Shown piece by piece: positions 37,828 to 41,917 of a stretch of DNA of 41,917 nt. Position numbers and translations under genes: made by a program. A model generated the notes under the pieces. It did no database searches. It was not told the DNA's origin and saw only the letters and a program-made list of their open reading frames with translations. Source of the stretch: a virus. Its lineage: Duplodnaviria > Caudoviricetes. Each line of letters starts with the position of its first letter. Position 1 is the first letter of the stretch. Location: the IMG/VR virus record IMGVR_UViG_3300006029_000017, positions 1-41,917 of that record. One strand, written 5' to 3'.

Positions 37828-38236
37828 CTATAAATGTTTTATCTAATTTCTGTCCCTCATACGGTCCAGTTTTATATTCGTATACAATTGTATCATCTTC
37901 TAGAATTAAGTAAGTGTGACCACCGTATAGTGTAAAACTAGCGTCACCAGCCTTTAAAATCGGCTCCGCAATTATTGTATTATCTAAATCATAAAATATG
38001 CACTTCACACTTCCCCTAATTACCACCCAAGATTCTTGAGCTATCTGTTCTGGATAATGTCTATCTTTGGTTATGTGCCTATGAGGTGGGAAGGTTTTCC
38101 CTTTCTCCATTTTTAATGTTGCACATTGAATGAAATTATTTTCATCGACTACTTCAGTTCTACCTTCAATTTCATCTAATCTATTGATTATATGTAATAG
38201 TTTATCAGGTTCTATTTTAGAATATATTTTTTCCAT
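37817..38236 (-). CDS. Cupin-fold protein (WbuC/sugar isomerase-like)
   Basis: PPHRH...QESWVVIRG, GGH, YEYKTGPY. Confidence 0.7.
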   Translation of the reverse strand: MEKIYSKIEPDKLLHIINRLDEIEGRTEVVDENNFIQCATLKMEKGKTFPPHRHITKDRHYPEQIAQESWVVIRGSVKCIFYDLDNTIIAEPILKAGDASFTLYGGHTYLILEDDTIVYEYKTGPYEGQKLDKTFIDEK

Positions 38237-38237
38237 A

Positions 38238-39041
38238 TTAAATTTTTATCCATGTTTCAGGTACTATATCGTTAGCGTTATATTTGGCTAATGCTGGCCC
38301 AAACCATTTTTTAGGACCAATAACCACTTTATTTTCATTTTGATTTAACCAAGCACCCCACCAAGAAAATGATGAGTTAACAGTAATGTTATTTTCACAA
38401 AGAGACATTAGGTATATTTCAATATAATCCTTTTCATCTGAAATATAAACAACATTTTCATATTTTAAATTATTTTTACACCATGGTATGTCATCACTAA
38501 AAATAACTACGGTGTCCGTAATATCTTTTAACCTATCAATAGCTTCATTAAAATATTCAATTGTTTGTTGATGATAATGGTTAGGGTGCCTTACATAATC
38601 ACCACGTCTGACGTGTAATGATGTAGTCCTAGTTCTTAAAATTGTAGAATACTTCTCGTTGATTATTTTAAGAATACTATCTGGAATTTTAAGAAATTCT
38701 AGAATTTCAGCCCTATTATGTATGAAATATTTTTCACTTTGAAAAAACCCATTTACAATGAAATTATCTTTTGGTAAATCAATTGGTTGGTAATGAAGAG
38801 GGTAAGTAAAGGTTGGGAGTACTTCTCTTGGTGGCGTAGTATTCAGAATATTAAATATTTCCATATATTCCCAACCATGTTTTATAATTGGGTTATATTT
38901 GTTATCGTTATTAACTAAATTTAATTGCGCTGTAATATTAGGGAAACTACAATCAACCCCCTTATCTATTGCCATAGATTTAACTGCGGCAATTTCAAAA
39001 AACATATTTGCCAATCCACCTTTTAAATTACAATAAATCAT
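38238..39041 (-). CDS. GT11 alpha-1,2-fucosyltransferase-like
   Basis: GGLANMFF, GFFQSEKYF, HVRRGDY, FSDDIPWC, NSSFSWWGAWL. Confidence 0.92.
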   Translation of the reverse strand: MIYCNLKGGLANMFFEIAAVKSMAIDKGVDCSFPNITAQLNLVNNDNKYNPIIKHGWEYMEIFNILNTTPPREVLPTFTYPLHYQPIDLPKDNFIVNGFFQSEKYFIHNRAEILEFLKIPDSILKIINEKYSTILRTRTTSLHVRRGDYVRHPNHYHQQTIEYFNEAIDRLKDITDTVVIFSDDIPWCKNNLKYENVVYISDEKDYIEIYLMSLCENNITVNSSFSWWGAWLNQNENKVVIGPKKWFGPALAKYNANDIVPETWIKI

Positions 39042-39754
39042 TTATATAACCTTTTATATGGGGGCATACTACGAATTTTACCAACATTTTTATTAACATC
39101 ACCCATAATAACTTTATGTTCATTTAATGGGTTTTGTTCGTTATAAACATAATTAATTTCAGTCATAAATTTATAATGTTCATCCCCTGACATTTCTAAC
39201 ATTGGATACATAAACGCCAAATCACAAGCAGCGTCCCAATAGTCACCATTTTCATCTTTTAAATCACCCAACTTAATATTTCGCCATAAAAATGCTCTCC
39301 ACGTCCTAATATGAGATGCTGTAAATGTAGCCTTTCTAATGTTATTTATTATTTGTTCTTGGGCAAACCCCATAGCACCATGTGAATAAATAAAACGCCC
39401 ATTAGCTATCCATATATCATCATCAGAATAAACCTTAGCAACTCGCTCTAACGTTTCACTATCTGGTAACCAGTCATCACCATCAACCTCTACAATAACT
39501 TCATTATCGTCAATAATGGAGTTATTCCTAATTACTTGGTCATAGTTACCCGATTGATAATGTTTTGTTTTGTTTTCTATAAGTATAAATCTATCATCAC
39601 CTTCAATTAATTCTTTAGTTTTATCAACAGAACCGTCTGTTGATAAATCATCTGTGATATAACATGTAAAATCTTTATGTGTTTGTTCTTTTAATGATGT
39701 AATACATTTTTCAATATACTCTTCACCATTGTATAGTGTTGTTACTATTATCAT
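39038..39754 (-). CDS. Glycosyltransferase family 2
   Basis: YNGEEYIEKCI, DDLSTDGS, VDGDDWL. Confidence 0.9.
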   Translation of the reverse strand: MIIVTTLYNGEEYIEKCITSLKEQTHKDFTCYITDDLSTDGSVDKTKELIEGDDRFILIENKTKHYQSGNYDQVIRNNSIIDDNEVIVEVDGDDWLPDSETLERVAKVYSDDDIWIANGRFIYSHGAMGFAQEQIINNIRKATFTASHIRTWRAFLWRNIKLGDLKDENGDYWDAACDLAFMYPMLEMSGDEHYKFMTEINYVYNEQNPLNEHKVIMGDVNKNVGKIRSMPPYKRLYK

Positions 39755-41400
39755 TTTAATATTTCTTTATATTCATCAATAATTTGAGTTATAATTGACT
39801 CAGAATTAAATTTATTTATATCTTCAGGTACTTTATGAAATTCTTTACCTAAAACAAACCCTTTATCATCCACATTATATATCCAACCACCTTTACCACA
39901 CATCCAACCTTCGATAGTTGTTCTACCTAAAAGTATACCAGCAGTCACATCAGCTTTTTTCATATAACTCTCAATGTTAGCTTGTGGGCCATAATAAATT
40001 ACATGTTTTTCATCATTAATTATTTCAGATGCAGTAACACCATTCTCTCTACCAACAATCCATAACTCACCATTTTCTTCCTTAGTTTTACCAACTAAAT
40101 CAACTAACATATTTTTTCTTAAATAATCAATAGTACCAACAAATAAAGTGACTTTCTTACCATTTACAACTTTAGTGTAATTAGTGTTAAATCTACTTGA
40201 ATCAATTGGGTTGTAAACAACCTTAATTTTTTCTTCAGGTATGTTATGCTCCGAAATTAAGTAATCCTTAATTTCAGGTCGAATAGCGATATATTTTTTA
40301 ATATTATCATGTAATATCGGGTGTTCCAATGAAATAACTTCAGAATGTATAGATGATATTGCTGGGATTTGAGGATATAATTGAGTCATTAGTTTAGCAA
40401 CTGGTGTATGACTTAAATGCATAATATCAAAGTTAACCGCACCAATTTGGTACATTCTACCTTCAACTGATTGCTCTAATTTACCATCAGGTTGTTGTAT
40501 TTGCCATTGACCATCACCCTTTTTATAACCTGGTGGTTCGTTAATATCAGCTAATTTAATACCTAACCTTTTTGCTTTTAATGAAAGCTCACCCCCGATG
40601 TTAGAACATATGGTTACATCACAACCTTTTTCAATCAAACCTTTAGCTAATTCAAAGTTATATAATTCAGAGCCAGTATAACTATTAAAATTTATGCAAG
40701 CAATTAAAACATTAAATTTATGATTAACACCAAATTCTTTGTCAATCTTAACTGGTAAGTCATCTTTATATTTTTCAGAAAATAAAACTCTATTTATTTC
40801 CCATTGGTCATTAGTTTCACCAATAGACATGTGGTTAATAACAATATTAGTGTGAACGCCAACTTTAACACCTTTTAAATAATTCTTAAAACAGAAATCA
40901 ATATCATAAAAATGAAATCCCTCAACAGATTCATCAAAATTTTCTTTCAATCTAGATTTCATAACTGAAAAGAAAACACCATCAACCGAAACTACCTCTT
41001 CAATGTTATTACCTTGGTCATCACTATATTTAGATAAGAATTTTTTATCTTGATGTGTGTGCCATACTCTACCAAACATTTGTTTGGGGTCTGACCACCA
41101 TTTACCTGTCTCTGGTAACAATTTAGTTCCAGCAACACCTAAAACACCATAATTAGTGGTGTCATAATTTTTCTGTAATTTTTTAGCGAATTGCTTAGTT
41201 TGAATTTCGATGTCGTGGTGTAAAAAAACCACGATATCATATTTAGCTTCATTCAAACCCCTATTATATATTTCAGTTAACGAGAATTTACCTTCATTCT
41301 TATAACCAAGAAATTCAACTTTAGGGTGACCAGCCATTTTCTTTATATGTTTACTAAATTCATTTAAATCGTTTTGTGAAGAGCAAACAATACTTATCAT
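39751..41400 (-). CDS. Two-domain glycosyltransferase (GT2-like + GT-B/GT4-like)
   Basis: N-half YNRGL..AKYDIVVFLHHD, VDGVF, FHFYDID; C-half TGSELY, VYNPID, GRTTIEG. ATG 41400 preferred. Confidence 0.85.
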   Translation of the reverse strand: MISIVCSSQNDLNEFSKHIKKMAGHPKVEFLGYKNEGKFSLTEIYNRGLNEAKYDIVVFLHHDIEIQTKQFAKKLQKNYDTTNYGVLGVAGTKLLPETGKWWSDPKQMFGRVWHTHQDKKFLSKYSDDQGNNIEEVVSVDGVFFSVMKSRLKENFDESVEGFHFYDIDFCFKNYLKGVKVGVHTNIVINHMSIGETNDQWEINRVLFSEKYKDDLPVKIDKEFGVNHKFNVLIACINFNSYTGSELYNFELAKGLIEKGCDVTICSNIGGELSLKAKRLGIKLADINEPPGYKKGDGQWQIQQPDGKLEQSVEGRMYQIGAVNFDIMHLSHTPVAKLMTQLYPQIPAISSIHSEVISLEHPILHDNIKKYIAIRPEIKDYLISEHNIPEEKIKVVYNPIDSSRFNTNYTKVVNGKKVTLFVGTIDYLRKNMLVDLVGKTKEENGELWIVGRENGVTASEIINDEKHVIYYGPQANIESYMKKADVTAGILLGRTTIEGWMCGKGGWIYNVDDKGFVLGKEFHKVPEDINKFNSESIITQIIDEYKEILK

Positions 41401-41415
41401 AATCTTTATTTTAAA

Positions 41416-41446
41416 CAAATATACTAAATAAATAATAAAAATCAAG
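41416..41446 (-). promoter_or_regulatory. Bacteroidota-type sigmaA promoter heading the glycan operon
   Basis: Minus strand CTTG-19 nt-TATATTTG, 15 nt before ATG 41400. Confidence 0.65.
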
Positions 41447-41574
41447 TTAAAAGTGATTTTTTAATAAATAATTATAAAACTATCGGTGGACCAAAATGTG
41501 CGATTAAGTTAAATAAATCATTACATTCAATATATAATAAAGTGAGATTACTTAAAAAAAATAATAAAATATAA

Positions 41575-41751
41575 TCAGAAAACGACAATATCGTACTCAG
41601 CTTGCTCTAATAATTCATTATAAGCTTTGGTTAATGATACGCCATTATTAATATATTCAATTACTTGAACTTTAGGGTGACCAGCCATCTTTTTAAGATG
41701 GTCAATATGTTTTTGATTATGTTCTCTTGTACAATATACTATGCTTATCAT
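41575..41751 (-). pseudogene. Truncated paralog of the N-terminus of the downstream glycosyltransferase (58 aa)
   Basis: MISIVYCTREHNQKHIDHLKKMAGHPKVQ...SLTKAYNELLEQAEYDIVVF* versus MISIVCSSQN...KKMAGHPKVE...SLTEIYNRGLNEAKYDIVVFLHHD. Confidence 0.85.
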
Positions 41752-41756
41752 TCTAT

Positions 41757-41917
41757 CTATTTTCCTGTTGAACCAAAACCACCTTCACCTCTTACTGAGT
41801 CAGATAACTCATCAACTTCAACAAAAGAAATTTCAGGTTTTGGTATTATCATTATTTGTGCAACTCTATCTCCACTAACGTAACCACTAATTTGAGATAA
41901 GTCATTTGCTAATCTTT
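41757..41917 (-). CDS. dut: dUTPase C-terminal part (5'-truncated by window edge; not in ORF track)
   Basis: GDRVAQIMII (motif IV) and RGEGGFGSTG (motif V), TAG at 41757-41759. Confidence 0.92.
   Translation of the reverse strand, partial: RLANDLSQISGYVSGDRVAQIMIIPKPEISFVEVDELSDSVRGEGGFGSTGK

Noticed and set aside
41540-41577. TGA read-through rescuing the truncated glycosyltransferase
   Set aside because: The sequence after TGA (LYFIIFFK*) shows no similarity to LHHD... and hits TAA within 9 codons.
14649-41883. Short plus-strand and nested ORFs (e.g. 15050-15253, 20793-20981, 23789-24256, 28635-29174, 31370-31591, 34984-35226, 41665-41883)
   Set aside because: They lie antisense to recognisable - strand genes (phoH, dut, GTs) and have no independent support.
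1-41917. Alternative genetic code (stop-codon reassignment as in some large phages)
   Set aside because: Core genes are full length and densely packed in code 11. TGA and TAG occur as plausible true stops (e.g. rfbB, dut).
1-41917. tRNA/rRNA genes, introns, inteins
   Set aside because: No cloverleaf or T-loop motif was seen in the short intergenic gaps. Terminase, portal, MCP and helicase are uninterrupted and lack intein signatures.

Overview
An AT-rich segment of a large T4-like (myovirus-type) phage genome in the standard genetic code. The host is probably Bacteroidota, inferred from TTTG-N19-20-TAnnTTTG promoters and the absence of Shine-Dalgarno sequences. The + strand (1-12.6 kb) carries the head module: terminase large subunit, gp20-like portal, gp21-like prohead protease, a long acidic scaffold and a gp23-like major capsid protein. 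Almost everything after 12.8 kb is on the - strand. It contains: (i) a nuclease-less SF2 helicase followed by four paralogous genes built almost entirely of a ~50-aa helical repeat (18 full repeats plus 4 conserved N-terminal half-repeats), under a host-type promoter; (ii) rfbB; (iii) a zinc-ribbon gene enclosed by a perfect 15-bp inverted repeat, with a three-way-junction 5' leader; (iv) baseplate/virion genes and a gp55-like late sigma factor; (v) PhoH; and (vi) a ~16-kb glycan-biosynthesis region (Gmd, short DegT, four fucosyltransferase-like GTs, GT2/GT4, acetyltransferase, FabH, SDR) ending at a dUTPase. A recurrent (A)TATTTAT motif precedes structural genes and is a putative late promoter. 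Two gene remnants (HNH, glycosyltransferase N-terminus) and several small ORFs missing from the ORF track were found by manual translation. The best candidates for an undescribed system are the helicase with its interchangeable repeat-array modules, and the inverted-repeat-closed structured transcript. All family assignments come from motif recognition by eye; no database searches were run.
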